Shown here piece after piece: positions 35,312 through 50,657 of a stretch of DNA of 64,000 nucleotides (position 1 is the first letter of the stretch; each line of letters opens with the position of its first letter). The notes below the pieces were generated by a model. The model made no database searches. It was given only the letters and a program-made list of their open reading frames with translations, and was not told where the DNA came from. The position numbers were made by a program, and so were the translations under genes. The DNA comes from Balanoglossus misakiensis (lineage: Eukaryota > Animalia > Hemichordata), in the NCBI GenBank assembly GCA_040954595.2, contig CM082576.2, positions 20,445,028-20,509,027 on the forward strand. Reading direction: 5' to 3'.

Positions 35312-35752
35312 TAATAATAATAATAATAATAATTTATTTGTATAGCGTCAGTATCCACAAAAAATGTGATCAATGACGCTTAAAGCAAAAGTACAATACA
35401 ACACAACAAATGGCTAAAAAACAGATTTAAAAAGTAAAGTTTTAACATTTGATTTAAAAACAGATAAGTCTGGTGCCTGGCGAATGGTGAGTGGAAGATT
35501 ATTCCAAAGAATTGGAGCAGCAACAGTAAAAGCACGATCACCATAACTCTTGGTGCGTGATCGAACAGGGCAGAGTTTGAACTGATCAGCTGACCTCAAA
35601 TTGCGACACGGAACATATAGATTAGTCATGCTAGAAAGATAGATTGGACCAAGTTTATGAATGGATTTAAAAATGAGAACTAACATCTTAAAAACAATAC
35701 GCTCTGTAACAGGTAGCCAGTGCAACTGATACAAAATTGGAGTGATGTGACA
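35312..35752 (-). mobile_element. L2/CR1-like LINE 3' fragment
   Basis: ORF 35414-35734 identical to 14866-15186. Confidence 0.88.
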
Positions 35753-36792
35753 GGTGATTTTTGAACGAGTAACAATTAGAAAGGGACAGCAGCTTAGCTC
35801 TATTCCTTTTCCAAAGTGTTTGTTCTTTTAAACTACCTGTTTTTTATTTATTCTGATTATGCTAATATGCTAATTTGTCGGTTTGTCACATCACAATTTT
35901 TGTAGGAAACTCACCCCTGGGAATTTTTTTCAGCCACTGACATACATTCATAATCACATGACATTGATGATCATGGAAAATTTGACCCTTTTCCTTGTAG
36001 GACTCAACCAGTGTCCACCAAATCCGTGCCAGAATGGTGGCTTCTGTCAACCGGCTCGAAATTCCTGCTTTGATCTCACCTGCATATGTACTGGTTGCTA
36101 CAAAGGTGATAGGTGTGAGATATGTAAGTATACAGCGCAGTCTCTTTTACCTTTTGTCTCTGATGCATTCAAATACTGCATGTTTCCTGAGCATAGGTGT
36201 AGCCATCACCACAGCAGAGCTTGGAGCGTTCTTGACATCGAATGCAAGATTACACTCTTCCCAATCAAAATCACTTTCGTAGCGCATAATGTCTTGATTG
36301 TCTTAGTTCAAGAAACATTATGCGCGACTGGCCAATTTTACAGCCTTTTGTCAACACACATCCACTATGGAAATTCTCACTCCAGGCCAGATAGTGTAAA
36401 TTTACATATGAGTCTACAGGTATGCTTGAAGTCAAGTCAAGCATTTGCAAGGAACCCTCCTCCAGTACACAGGTCTTTGATTTCATGAAGGGAAGCCCTT
36501 GCCTCACAGTCACTGCCACATGATCTATGGAGGTGTGAACAACTTGATACCAGCCTAATATAAGTTGTAGGCACAATCACTCCACACACCCTTGCCATAA
36601 TTCTGCAAGGTTTTTGCCATATCTGTACTGTAGAATGAGTAGCAAGGAATAAAATGGCGTCCTTTCTTAATTTCCAGTGCAAAACCCCTGTGATCCCAAC
36701 CCATGTATGAATGGTGGATTTTGCCAGCAAACATCGTGCAATTTCTATTCATGCCAGTGTGTGAACTCTTACACAGGTGACATCTGTCAAAC

Positions 36793-37910
36793 CATAGACC
36801 CTAGAGAAAGAAGGACGAGCAACTGCGGCAAAGATCAAAGGGTTTGGGGATTATCTGTATGATGATGTTCTTTTGCATATAATTAACACCCAGGACAGTT
36901 GGACAATGACTTCCTTACTTCGGCACGTGTCGACCCCACCAGTGATGCGAAAACTTGCCACCAAACTGACACTCCTGCATTTCAGCAGCCACTGCGTTTT
37001 TTTCTAAAATTCTAAAAGTATTACGATGTCTGTGCTAATTATTATGGTCGTCTGTCGGATGAACGGTCATTTCTAGTGCCACAAGCTTCATTTAAAAATT
37101 GTAAACAAATCATCCATGCCAAATTCCTGTTTAACTTGTGCAGATGTGTTCCATAAATGATTGCTGCGTTCAACCACGTTGCAGTTTTCTCGTCTTCTGC
37201 GAGATGTTCTAAGGTGTTTGTGATAACTTCACGCAAAACGCGAGACTTTGCGTTAGTTTATACACAGTTTATTTGCAAATTGGATTATTGGGATTTACCT
37301 GGAAATAATGTATGCAAAAGAACATCATTTCAAGAAAAAACTGGAGTTGCGCGTCCTTCTTGCATGTCCGACTGGGCACTCATATTTCTTGGTAACGCTG
37401 ACACTTTTCGTAATAATTTTATGTTTGCGTGAAGCATTGAAACAAAAATTGTGGTTTAGGGGCATTTTATTTCGCAGTGCGTGAACAATAAAACAGATTT
37501 CACGAAAACAATTTATAAACAAACTGGCTGGATTTTCATGTGTGCGCTATTGCCGCCAGGCAACCCTCGGTACGGTTAGCTCACAGCCTTGTGAAATACC
37601 CGGACTGTTAGACAAAAGATGCTTGTTTTGGACGCTGTCAGACTCAGAGGTGCCAAATTCCTGTTTAACTTGTGCAGATGTGTTCCATAAATGATTGCTG
37701 CGTTCAACCACGTTGCAGTTTTCTCGTCTTCTGCGAGATGTTCTAAGGTGTTTGTGATAACTTCACGCAAAACGCGAGACTTTGCGTTAGTTTATACACA
37801 GTTTATTTGCAAATTGGATTATTGGGATTTACCTGGAAATAATGTATGCAAAAGAACATCATTTCAAGAAAAAACTGGAGTTGCGCGTCCTTCTTTCTCT
37901 AGGGTCCATG
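36793..37910. mobile_element. P-like non-autonomous element, copy C
   Basis: Same TIRs and TSD. Confidence 0.8.
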
Positions 37911-40900
37911 GTCAAACAAGTGAGTATATACTTTCAAGACACCCTGCAAACAAACAAGCAATCTTTATTCCGTAGATCTTTAAGCATATTTATGCATTGT
38001 ATATTTTGATGTGAAACTTCAAATTTTATTGGTCTTGTTGCCAAACTTCTGAAGAAATGAGGATATTGTTTTGAAGGGTATTTTATCAGTAGATAACAAA
38101 TACCATGGCCCTCCATGCAAATACCCACATGGTAAATTAAAACTGTTACAGGTGTATTTGATTTAAGCAATAAAACACCCCCAGCCATGGTATACCACGA
38201 GATTTTGACCAGTTCACGACATATACGCACGAGCGATAGCGAGTGCGTATATGGAGTTGAACTGGTCAAAATCGAGTGGTATACCATGGCTGGGGTTGTT
38301 TTATTGCTATTATATTATGCAAGTATATTGAAACTTTGCATAAAACATTTTAAAAAGGCATTTTCTTTGACTATGATATATGACTGTGGTATATGGCTAA
38401 TATATCCTGGTCACGTGTCGTGTCTCGACCAATCAAATAGCGTGATTTACACCTTCAATATACTGGTATAATATAATTCCACATATGGATTACATGTGGG
38501 ATAATATTGGGTGCTGGCAGTTTCAGTAAATGAACTGCTCTTAAAAGTTGGGTGTCAGGGCACCCTTGACTTCTTATTGTTCAGTTATACATTTAGGAGG
38601 CTCAGTTATAGGAGAACCCGATAGAACCACAGCTGTAGGAATTAGGGAAATGGTCATACCCTAAAAAACTTATGTCACTACTATTTTTTTTTCATGCCAT
38701 TGAAACAGAACAAACTCCATGTAGGCCAAGTCCATGCCTGAACAATGGGCGGTGTACTCAGCTGTCTTGTACAACTTATGAGTGTACTTGTCCAGGATGT
38801 TTCACCGGCACACACTGCAGCCAGTGTAAAACTCATTAAAACAAACATTTGTCATGCAGGAACTAACATTTACAATCATGTCTCAATACATTGTCTGTTG
38901 GTCATACTTTATATTTTCATCTTCAGCATCACACCTTGGTCCTTGGGAATCGGTCACCTCAAAAATGATGTACAGCTGAAAGAAAACATGTTTATTTGAA
39001 GAAAAAACTGTTGATCGTTCATGAAAATTTTCCCTACACAAGATACATATACAGAGATTTTCATAGCCCCATAAGTGCGTCCCAGAATGAGCAAGTTGTT
39101 TTTGGAAGTGAAGTTCCGTTCAGTATTTACAGTAATGGTAATGATGATGTTTTCATCAAACAGATTTTGAAAGTAAATATTGCTGAGATAACATTAGGTT
39201 GCACTTTTTATTGCAGTCCAAGATCCAGGCCAGCGAAACAGCTGTCTCAACGGGGCTGTATGTAATGCAGTGGCCAACTCCTGCACGGCATATACCTGTG
39301 CCTGTACTGGTTGCTATGAGGGTAACCGTTGTGAAATATGTAAGTTTCTGACGTACCGTAAATGACAATCTTTTGGGCACTTTCTCTTCATGGCAATTGA
39401 ATTGTGTGGTAACTTCTCATTTCTAAAATTTCCCCAAGAGAAAAGAAAGGAAAAGGAAACAGAAATTTCATTTGTATGTCCGTGCAATTTAGGATAGGCA
39501 CGAACTTGTGAGGAAGTGTACGAAGTTGGATGTTTTCATCACTCAAATATACAAGAGTTGCCTCTTGAAGACTAGTGTCTGTAGAGATAATTGTGCATGT
39601 GAGGTAATCTCTCCTAAGGTGGTGCACACCTCTTAGTATTAAGTAAAAGAGACGTCCTTAATTATCCTTACTATTTGGCTTGAAAAATCAATCTTACTAG
39701 GTGTTCTGATTAGAGAGGTGTCCATAAAGTCAGGTTTTACTGTATTACCCAAAATAGAGACATTGTCCCTTCATCATATACTTAATGCGTGTTCTGGGTA
39801 TGGTTCCAGTATAATGCTTGTGTCAAAGGATTTTGTTGTGGTGCAGGAATCATCTTTGGTTGAGGTGTAGCCATCTGCATTTCATGTGTTTTAAACTATT
39901 TTTTTTTCTGATTGTCATTAACCCATGTGATCAGAATCCGTGTCAAAATGGAGGCTATTGTTCCAAAACACCAAATTCTTATACTGACTACACCTGTTAC
40001 TGCCAGTAGTGTTGGACTGGGGCCATCTGTGCCGTAGGTGTGTCGAATTACTGTTTTATGACACAGCGTGGTATATAAACCCTCATTTTTGGTATTCTCA
40101 ATGTGATAGATGGACCCATACACCAATAAATGGGGTGGAAGCATTACTAAGTTTCATCCTTTCAAAATTTGCTGATGTAGGGTCAAAATTGAGTGTGAGG
40201 TGCATGTTAAAAAGGAAAGCCTTCTGTATCATGTTGATGGCACATTTTTTTAATTTTTCAAGATTCTTACAGAAAAATCCTAGCAATAGCATCATTATGT
40301 TATTTTAAATGTAAAGGTTTGAAACAAGGAATGAAGACATTGCTCACATATTTAAACGAAATGAACATCACAAGTACATGTACAAGTTTTTGACAAGCAG
40401 GTAATTGATACTTTCATTTTTGTTTTGGCAGCCATTGATCAGTTATACCCTATGCCTTGTCAAAATGGTGGCACATGCGTTGCGTGAGACGGCTGTTTCC
40501 TGTTTGACTGTATGTGTACCGAATGCTTCACTGGTGCCACATGTACAATGCGTAAGTACTAACCAATATTATTTTATTCAATGCAAAACACTTGTTATAT
40601 ATTATATAATATAAGTACGGTACACATATTAAAGCCCTGGTAACTCAAACTTTGGGCTAGCTTAATGTTATCACTATTTTTGTTTTCGGTTGCAACTGTG
40701 GTTTCTTGTCACACTCTAAAGGATTTCACAGCATTTGGTTTTTCAAAACAGCCCTTTGGTTGTTGTCATGTATACATGTACATGACTGTGGAGTGTAGTT
40801 TGTAGATTCTGTAATTTTGACAATATCTTGACTGCACATCCCACAGCTGTCAACCAGTGTCAACCCATCCAGTGTCGGAATGGTGGAAACTGTGTGCTGA

Positions 40901-43900
40901 CGCCCAATTGGTGTACTGAATTCACATGCTCCTGTACAAGCTGTTACTCCGGCGATTTATGTCAGACATGTGAGTGATTTTAAATTTCAGATGAAGAGGA
41001 ACATAATAACATAACACATAATCGGCTTGCAGTTGGTTTCTTCCAACCTGTATCAAACAGTGAATAACGACACAATTTTGGGGAAATTTATTAAGAATGT
41101 GTGTGCCATAAAAGGGGATTGTGTATTTGACCAAATAACAACCTGCACCGTATGGTACACTAAGACACTATTACACCTGTGTCAAAATTTCATTACGTTT
41201 CTTTTGTTGAACATGGAAGAAATTTGTCACAGTGATGTTCTGTTGACCAACTGAGATTTTTACCACTCAACCCTGACTGCACAAATCTGTTTAAAGTATA
41301 TGTAGTAAATATTAACTGTACACAATTTATATCACTTTCTCTTCTGTGCACAGATTTGAATCCGTGTCAGCCCAACCCTTGTCTAAACAGTGGATTCTGC
41401 CAGCAAGTGTCCTGCACCGAGTTCAGATGCCAGAGTCCACGCTGTTTCATCGGAACCACGTGCGCTGAACGTAAGCAAACCAGTGTCAGATTTCCCGCAC
41501 AAAGTAGAAATCGCTGGGCTTTGTCATTGATATTGTCTCAATAAAGTTGCCTGTGATTGTGCAGCTAACCAAGAGACTTATATGCACTACGGTAGCCATG
41601 ATGAATACTTTCATTGACTCAAATGCTCATCAGTGTAGATGTTGCTATTTTTCCAACCGTAAATTGAAACATCAGAAAGTTATGACATCAACTACCCCCA
41701 CCCCCACCCCACCCACCCCCAACTAGTAAATATTATAAGATTCAGTAATTATGATAAAGATGGTAGCACCAAGCTTGGATCAAGTGGTCTTCATTATCCT
41801 TCACACATGAACATGATCACACGGATGTGCAATCTTCTGACAGTCTGCTACAGATTTCACTTCCCACTCAAGTGTGTAAGACCCTAATGTGATACTTTTC
41901 ATTTCTCTCACCCTTAGCGATCAACCAGTGTCTTCTAAACCCATGTCTGAATAACGGAGTGTATCAGCCACTTCAAGGCTCCTGCTCAATCTACACCTGC
42001 AACTGTCCAACCTGCTACACTGGGCAAACATGTGTTACATGTAAGTCACAAGTTTTTAGGTCCCATTGGTATGTACCATGGGAACTTATGGGATTGGTTA
42101 CGTCTGTATGTATGGATGGATGGATGGATGTATGTCTGTATGTCCGTCCACATAAAAAAACTTGAAAACCGCAGCGCGTTTGACCTCGATATTTGGCGTG
42201 TAGATGCAGGCAGGGCTGTAGATGGGAGTTTGTTCAAATGAAGATGTCATTGCCAAAAATATGCAAATTAGCTGGGAAAATGTGAAATTGGTCAAAACTC
42301 AAAAACTGGACAACCACTGGTCATATTGATTTGAAAAATGGTATGCATGTACCTTATATCAACCTCATACAACCCTGTATGTTTTGAGCTAATATTATCG
42401 ATTTCCTATTTTTTTTGCATTTTTTTGTATTTTTCCATGTTATTGGTAAAAGTCTTTGAAATTTAGTATGAAGCCTCCTAATGTTGTCTAAGTAACCATA
42501 GTTTTGTTCAAATTGTTGCAAAATTTGCATATCTATAATTTTGAGCATTATTTGCCATTTTTGGTCAAAAAATGTTTTTCTTTAAAACCTCATGCCAGAT
42601 TGCTTTGCAATTTGGTAGGCATGTTCGTAGGGGTAACCTAAATAATATGTTGTAAAAAATGTGATATTTGCATAAATGTGTTATCGGGGAAACTTTTGCA
42701 ATTTTTGTCAAAAATTGTTTTCACTGAAACCACTTGTCCTATTGCATTGAACTTAGGCAGCATGTTCCTTGTAGTGATTGAAGTAAGATATTGTACAATT
42801 TTGGTGATATTTTCATATTTGTGTTTTTGCCACTTTTGAACAAATATTTTCTGTGAAACTGCTTGTTGGATTGCTTTGAAATTAGTTTTTTCTCTGATTG
42901 CTTTGAAATTTAGGATATAATTTCATAACACATACCTGTATATGTGCAACTTTTATTCAATTCTGAGATCAGAAAGATTAAATATTTAGCGAGTTTTTTT
43001 GGTAAGTTTCTTTGTTTTTGGTTAGCAAATCTTCTCCTAAACAAATTGTCCAGTTGTTTTTAAAGTTACTATTTACAAGGAGTTGTTACCTCGAACAAAG
43101 ACATGTTTACATAACTTAAATAGGCCAGCTGTTACAGAGACCACCAGCTATCACATTTTAATTACCAGTGGCAGGTCAGTGTGTGTCTGTTCCAGGGCTG
43201 ACTGAAAGAAGTTGCTTCGCATATGTGTTTGTGTACAGACAATTTTTGGTCAATTTCTTTTTCTAGCACCACTTGTAAGACTGCCATGACACATGACAGT
43301 TTATTGGGCATGTTCCTTGTTAATGTTTTTACATTGCATATTTCTATATGGTCAGATCATAAGTGCTTGCAAATGTCACCTGTAATTTTTATTCTGCTGT
43401 GTCACTGTTTCCGCATAATCCTCAAATGTCATCAGATCTCCGAATGTGATGAAAACAGTGTGTTTTGAGTGGGTTTTTTTAATGACCTTTTGGGTTAAAA
43501 GTGGCAAAAATGGCAATTTTGTCTTCAAAGGGGTCAATAAGACTGACTTTTTTGGAATCAGCACCATTTTTTACATTGAATGGACTAGTCTGCTCAAACT
43601 TTCCTTACCAAAAATTCTGTTTAATCTTCTGTAACATGTATACTAGTGTACATGTAGCTGCCTGATAGTTTGCCCTGTGTGTGTAATTGCTGAGTGACAT
43701 AACGCATTCTGTGATTGATGCAGTCACGTAACCACCAATCGAACGATTGTTATAAGGAGAACTGCACGACCTTTAACCGCATTAGCATACCTGATTTTTA
43801 GGGCTCGATATTACCTCTGAGGACGCAATATTTAAGTTGAAGTTTTTTTATTTTATCATATTAGAGCAAGAAGACTTGTCTTTTATGTAAAAGAAGTAGA

Positions 43901-46240
43901 CCCTAATATACAGAGTGCATTTTGAAACGATAGGCAGTTCCGGCCCATAGCCTAATTCTTCATTTTTCTGTCATGCGTAGGAATTGATTAGTGCTAACAA
44001 CCCATGTCAAAATGGCAGCACTTGCCAACCCTAACCTCGTGTGTGGCATTGACGTGCACCTGCCAAGGATGCTTTACTGGGAGCGCTGTGAAAATTGTCA
44101 GTCAGTTTCTTTTGTCAAATTAATCAATATGTGTGGGACTGCTATACATGTATATCAAACAGAATACTGCGATGGAAAATTCTATAACTTAATGTTTCAG
44201 TGGATATATGACTTAAAGTTAGCAGTATGCAGTGAATTCAACAGAAAGTGTAATTTCCTCTTGTGTGAGCTCTGTGCGACTGTGCCAATGAAAATCTCAC
44301 CACAAACAAAAATGACAGGTATACACTGTATATTAGCAGCTTTGTCTCTGTAATAGCCATAGTGTTTTGAAGTTGAAAACTTGCAAAGTGTGCAGTTTTA
44401 TTCACACTACAAAGGAAACATTGTTGAAACGGATTATCTGTGTACATTGTCAAACTGTACACTTGTCGCGAGATTTATTCTCAATTATATTACTAGTATA
44501 TCATGCTACCGTCTGCAACTCTGATTGGACGAGAGCTAAATCCAGCGATGCTAAAATACTCAATAATGCACTGCTGGCAGTGGTAAAACGGGCTTTCTGT
44601 TTGCCACATGGGTTTGTTCTTTAGGTTGTTGTATGTGTTTACACCCATCATGTTTATTGTAGAACCAGGGTCGATCAGTGAGGCAACTGCTGTTTGTTCT
44701 ATCTGCACTGTTACTCGAGGCCTCCTGCCATTTGATTGTTGTACAGTGAAGCAGTATTCATCTCCCGAGCTGTCTTCCACTTTATGCACAGCTTTGACAG
44801 TTTTATCCTTGTCTACCCTATTTGCCTTGCCTTTTGAATGGTAGCATTTGGCTAAATGGTTAGGTTTGCCACACTTCCTGCATGACTTGCCTTTAGCTGG
44901 ACATACTGAGTCATGTGGTACCATTATTAAAATTGGGGCCAGTCATCAAAACGTAAGTGAGCCAAAAAACTACAGGTCAGATAAATTGTTTTCTCGTAAA
45001 TTCAACATTAGAATCAAATTTGGCGTTGGAAACAAACGGCGGGTCGCCAGTTCCTGGTCTGGAGGCTGGTAGAGTCACGTCTTGAAGACTGGCCCCTATT
45101 TTAATAATGGCATTGTCATGACCGGCCAACCTTTGACCTCGGAGACCACAATGTAGAGCTATCGATCAGCTTTTCGCGTTTCAATCAAACATTGCAATCA
45201 CGGGCTAAAATCACTAACTAGTTGATACCTTTTTCGGTGTTTCATCTAACCTTTGAAAGGAGTATAATAAAAATGAAATGACCGCACGTAATGTGCATTT
45301 CTTGTTCACGTGTGGGGACTATATGTGTGCGTAATGATCCAAATGCAAGGGGTCGTGTGAACAGGCCTTAAATAATGAGTTTGCGTTAAATAATGAGTTT
45401 GCGTTAAATAATAAGTTGACAAACGGCGCGAGTGCATTTTTTCATGGTTTAGAAATCACTTATTTATATATAATTCATTATATAATGTAAATCACTCATG
45501 ATATATATATAATAGACTTGCACTTAAATTATTTATAAATCACTCATGATATATATATAATACACTTAAATTTTTTTTATTTATAAATAATTAATTATAT
45601 ATAAATAATTATGTACATCACTCATGATATATATATAATAGACTGACACTGACATTGTTTATAAATAATTTATTATATATAAATAAAAGAGCATAAAATA
45701 CATTTTATGTATATAATTGAATCGACTTGAAATTATTTATAAATAAATTGTCAGGACTTAAATGGTTTGCAAATCTATAATTACATACATATAAGTATGT
45801 TAAATAACGACTTTTGAACAAATAATTTAGCTAAATAATAAGTTAACACATGGCACCCCATACAAACATTACGTCCAGTCCAAATATTCTGCCAATTTTA
45901 CATCCAATGCATTCAAATAGTGGACTGCTTCGCTTTCATCAAGTTTTCATGTGCATCGTATAAGTAGACTTTTGTTTTGTCCCGTCTTTTCACCGAATTT
46001 GCTCTTTTCCAAATCTCCGACACAGACTATGATCGTCACATTCTTGTCTGTTGTTAGAACAGCACACTGCCATATGGCATTGACTGTATACAGTTTCTGT
46101 TACCAATATCTCTGGTTTGGCATTTTCCTGTCCTCAATCTTTTGCCAGGGATTTTTGTGTCCCCAACCCGCGTGAGAATCCCACGTCTTTGAAGGTATGA
46201 CTGTGACTATAAGATTCTATAAATCTCTGTTTATTTTCAG

Positions 46241-46866
46241 CACAAACATCATGTGCTGATTGCCCAGCTGGTAACCAATGTCCAAATGGTAACACTGTGA
46301 TTTTATGCTCGGCTGGTTATTACAGTTCGGCCTTGGACAAAGGATGTCTCGCTGTACCTCTTGCATAACAGGTAAACTTCTACCCACCAACCTTTATTTC
46401 CAACATCAAACATTAGGTCAGGTAATTTACTAACTGAAAAATAGGATGGGAACATTTTCCATTTCTGTATTTAAAATTTACTGATATAATATATGAATGA
46501 AAAAATGACAATTTTTCCAAATTTGAATAGACCTCTATTTATGAAAATAATTAAAATTTGCGCCAATTTTTTACAGTGGTATTCAAAGGTTAACTTGGTG
46601 TGTATATTCTTTGTTTGATTTACAGATCAGCCGGTGCTGAACAGTGTACTATTTGTGAGCAAGGGTACGCCTGCACAGATCCCAGTGCATCGCAATTCAA
46701 GTGTACCAAGGGTTACGTGTCATTGGCTGGTGCAACAAACTGTACCAGATGTACAAATGGTAAGATTGTGGTACTTGTTCAGTTTGCTGTGTGATGAAAC
46801 TGAGTGGTATGTGTGTATGCATGTATGTGTTTACAACAGATTTTCAAGTCAGTGCGACTGGGGTTA

Positions 46867-46898
<32 letters not shown>

Positions 46899-48817
46899 TA
46901 CAACAGATTATCAACTCAGTGCGAAATCTTGCGAGACCCGGTTAGCCATGTGAGATCTCGCAGAGTCTTATGATATTCAGAAAATGGTTGATTAGAAATG
47001 ACGTTTAATGTCCTCCAAAGAATTTTCTACATGCCCGTATACTTGTCTCAGAATTATGAAGTGAATCATCTCAAGTAATTTGTTATTTTAAATGACACTG
47101 TATCACAAATACTTCACTAAAAACCTCATTTTCTTTAATCAGATGAAATAAGTGAGGAGCCTGCACGCACATCCCGTCTTCTGTGCCCTGCTGGACAATC
47201 GTGTTCAGATCCAATGTAAGATCCGCTTGACTGTGGCAATGGTGAATATGCTATGGAAGGCGACGGCACATGCACGCCTTGTCCAGCAGGATCCAAGTGT
47301 CCAACCATGTCACCCGTAGTTGATTGTTCAACAGTTACTGGTAAGTTGGGCTGCAAATTACTCTTATGACTTCCCTGTGTTATAGCATGACATACACAGA
47401 AAATTAAACTGTTATGCTCATTGGAGTTGATATTGTGATGCACTTTGAAAAACACAATGATTCCACTGAAGAGGTATTGTACAGTAACACCTGTGATTAC
47501 GGACATCTCTCTAATAAGGGATCGTTGGACCAAACCAATCGTTCTTTGAATTTTTTCTGTGATAGGTTCATACTCGCTAGGTTCGGCCAAGTCCTTCTGG
47601 TTATGAATGCACAACTACAAATGTCACACAGTGCGCTACAGGGAAGTAAAGTGTTGAAGGAGGTAAGTCTTGAAATCTCTTTTCTTCTGGTCTCGATTTG
47701 AACATGGTTCCACAAGTTGTTTACATCACTTGTAGTTTTACATATTTTTTTAGTTCAACAGCTATGCTATACATGGTGTCCTGAGAAGTCGACCAGTATG
47801 AGAAGTCGGTATCGGCCAGTACGAGAAGTCGGCCTGTGGGAGAGAACCCTGGTACTTTGTGTTATATATAACTGTTTCACTACGAAATGTTTCCTTGATG
47901 TACAGGAGCTGAGATATTTGTACAAATAGCCGATGAATTTTAAAACTGTCTGTTCACTTTTCATGTACGTCACCGGGGTACGTCAACATCAGTCACCTGC
48001 ACTTCTTGAGCTGCGCCAGTAGTCTGTTCCTTGTCACGTTTGTTTGTTTGTTTGTTTGGTGTTGTCTCAGAAAGTATGAATATACACATACATCTTCTAT
48101 GTATTTTAGTAGGCTTTGAAACAACTCCCTTTAATCAGAAATGTCACAGGAATTTGGCGAACAACCTAAGCTCCTTACGCGGATACGGGGATGGGGAACT
48201 GGTACGGATGCCAGACGCCATTATTTGAAATGACGCCATTGTGTTGTCAAGAATTTGGGAAATCCGTCCAAATGAAAATATTTAGTGCAATTATATTTTA
48301 TTAAGTGTTGTTATAAGTGATCTGGGTCATCACTGCACTATTCGGGTACAAGTTCAACAACTGGCCGACTTCTCATACGCGCGTAGTGGCTGACTTCTAA
48401 TCTGGCCGACTTCTCATGTATTCCTATACATTAGTGAAAATTGGGGAAACTGGTGTTTTCAGACAACTTATGAAGTCCCTTTCGCAATATTAACTCTAAA
48501 ACAGCGGGTGATATTCCTTTTAAAATTTAACCAAATAAGCATACTTGAACTCTGTCATATCGGCAAAACACTCACTACACAAGCTGCTGTTATTCTACAG
48601 ACATGACATGTGCTGATTGCGGCGTAGGTAACTACTGTCCAGATGGGTCAGACAGCCCCATTCCTTGTCCATCAAGTTATTATGCTGACACAGCCACAGA
48701 AGTATCCTGTACCCCTTGCGATCCAGGCTGTCAGTGTGCAGCAACATCACCCACTTGCCTGCACATCAAGAACCTACTCTCTGGGACCATCAACAACATG
48801 TACTCCCCTTCTACCAG
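46241..48817 (+). pseudogene. Cys-rich pseudo-exon cluster, copy C
   Basis: Colinear with 10801-13369. Confidence 0.8.
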
Positions 48818-50216
48818 GTTTGTAGTCGTCTTAGTCGTAAAAACATATTTAAGGTGTTGGGCACCTCGAAATAAAGGGTCGTCTGATCATGTTAAAATTA
48901 ATACTGATGATACTATGACTTCTAAACATTTAATCTATGGAATAAAAATTGGGGGTCAACCATCTAGAGTTTTGAAAAAGCGCCCTTTATCTAGCACCTC
49001 TTTCAGATTTTGCCAGGCTCGTAGATTTTTGTAAAATGGCCTCAAAAATAAGAATTTTGGAAGGTTTGTCATATTTTTTCACCATTGTAGAATCTAAATG
49101 TTCTGAATTATTTTATTTTTAGCAATTTTGAGATTGCTTCATGTTCAGTATGATAATCGCATGTCAATACAACTGTTACATTAAAGGAAAAGTTCAAATC
49201 CGCCTAAAACCACATTGCATTGGTACCTAGTTAAGTTGTCCTCACTTCTGACGCAAAATTTTGATGTGCAATGCACGTGTCTGTGAAATTGACGAATAAA
49301 AAAATTGTATACCAGTGCAAAATTAAAAACTCCCTGTGCAGCCTTCTTGGCAACTGCATGCTGGGAAAAGTACTCGGATGATGACGAAAAAGTTTCGGGG
49401 TTCCGGGTAGTGCTACCCCGGAATACAATGTTGGGTGCAGACTCCAACTATGGAAAAGAGATGCAGAATGTCATGTGATATAGTAGTGAAAACAAATACA
49501 CGTTGGTTCACGTATTTCAGCTCTCAGCAATCAGGGTGCATTAAAAGGCCTTGATTGGTGTGATATTCACAATTGATGATTATAAATACTTACAGTTGTA
49601 TACTGTTTTATTTTGTAAATATTGTGTACATTTGCAGCAATGAATCCGTGCGAACACAAACCTTAACCCATGCCGGAATGCTGGTACTTGCCAAGCAATC
49701 CAGGGATCTTGTACAGGCGTCACATGTCTATGTGCTGGCTGCTACCTGGGCTTCACATGTGAAACACGTGAGTACAGTACTTTGTCATTTATTAAAAAAT
49801 CTAAGTGCTGAGGTACATTGTAGTAATAATAGCAGGTGTAGTCATTATCATCATCATCATCATCTTTAAGTCAGTCATATGATCGGTAATAAAAACAGTA
49901 AAATCACCAGTATAAAAACATAACAGAGAAATAATGAACGTGTACTGGTGTTACCATAGGTAACTGTTGTATAAAATTTTGAATTCCTGTCTTCCAGTTC
50001 CTAATCCATGCTTCACTAGTCCTTGTCTCAATGGAGGTACCTGCCAACAACAGGCAAATTCTTGTACTGCCACCATTGGCATGTGCACAGAGTGTTACTA
50101 GGGAAACAGGTGTGAGACAAGTAAGTTTGAATCTATAGCAGTTAATAATGATAATTATCATTTTTTTTTATTATGATTTAAACTTCACTGATGTTGTACA
50201 AACACAAAAATAGAAA

Positions 50217-50657
50217 TAATAATAATAATAATAATAATTTATTTGTATAGCGTCAGTATCCACAAAAAATGTGATCAATGACGCTTAAAGCAAAAGTACA
50301 ATACAACACAACAAATGGCTAAAAAACAGATTTAAAAAGTAAAGTTTTAACATTTGATTTAAAAACAGATAAGTCTGGTGCCTGGCGAATGGTGAGTGGA
50401 AGATTATTCCAAAGAATTGGAGCAGCAACAGTAAAAGCACGATCACCATAACTCTTGGTGCGTGATCGAACAGGGCAGAGTTTGAACTGATCAGCTGACC
50501 TCAAATTGCGACACGGAACATATAGATTAGTCATGCTAGAAAGATAGATTGGACCAAGTTTATGAATGGATTTAAAAATGAGAACTAACATCTTAAAAAC
50601 AATACGCTCTGTAACAGGTAGCCAGTGCAACTGATACAAAATTGGAGTGATGTGACA
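50217..50657 (-). mobile_element. L2/CR1-like LINE 3' fragment
   Basis: ORF 50319-50639 identical to 14866-15186. Confidence 0.88.

Larger units (their letters stand above)
15079..35626. repeat. Tandem unit copy B (contains intact LTR retrotransposon)
   Basis: Colinear with copy A; 20548 bp = basic unit + 5685-bp insertion, with a 41-bp deletion near 33510. Confidence 0.97.
34733..44096 (+). pseudogene. 12-EGF pseudo-exon cluster (E11, E12, E1-E10), copies B/C
   Basis: Colinear with copy A, same stops. Confidence 0.87.
35627..50531. repeat. Tandem unit copy C (14905 bp, no private insertion)
   Basis: Constant 14905 offset to copy D (e.g. ORF 35883 vs 50788). Confidence 0.97.
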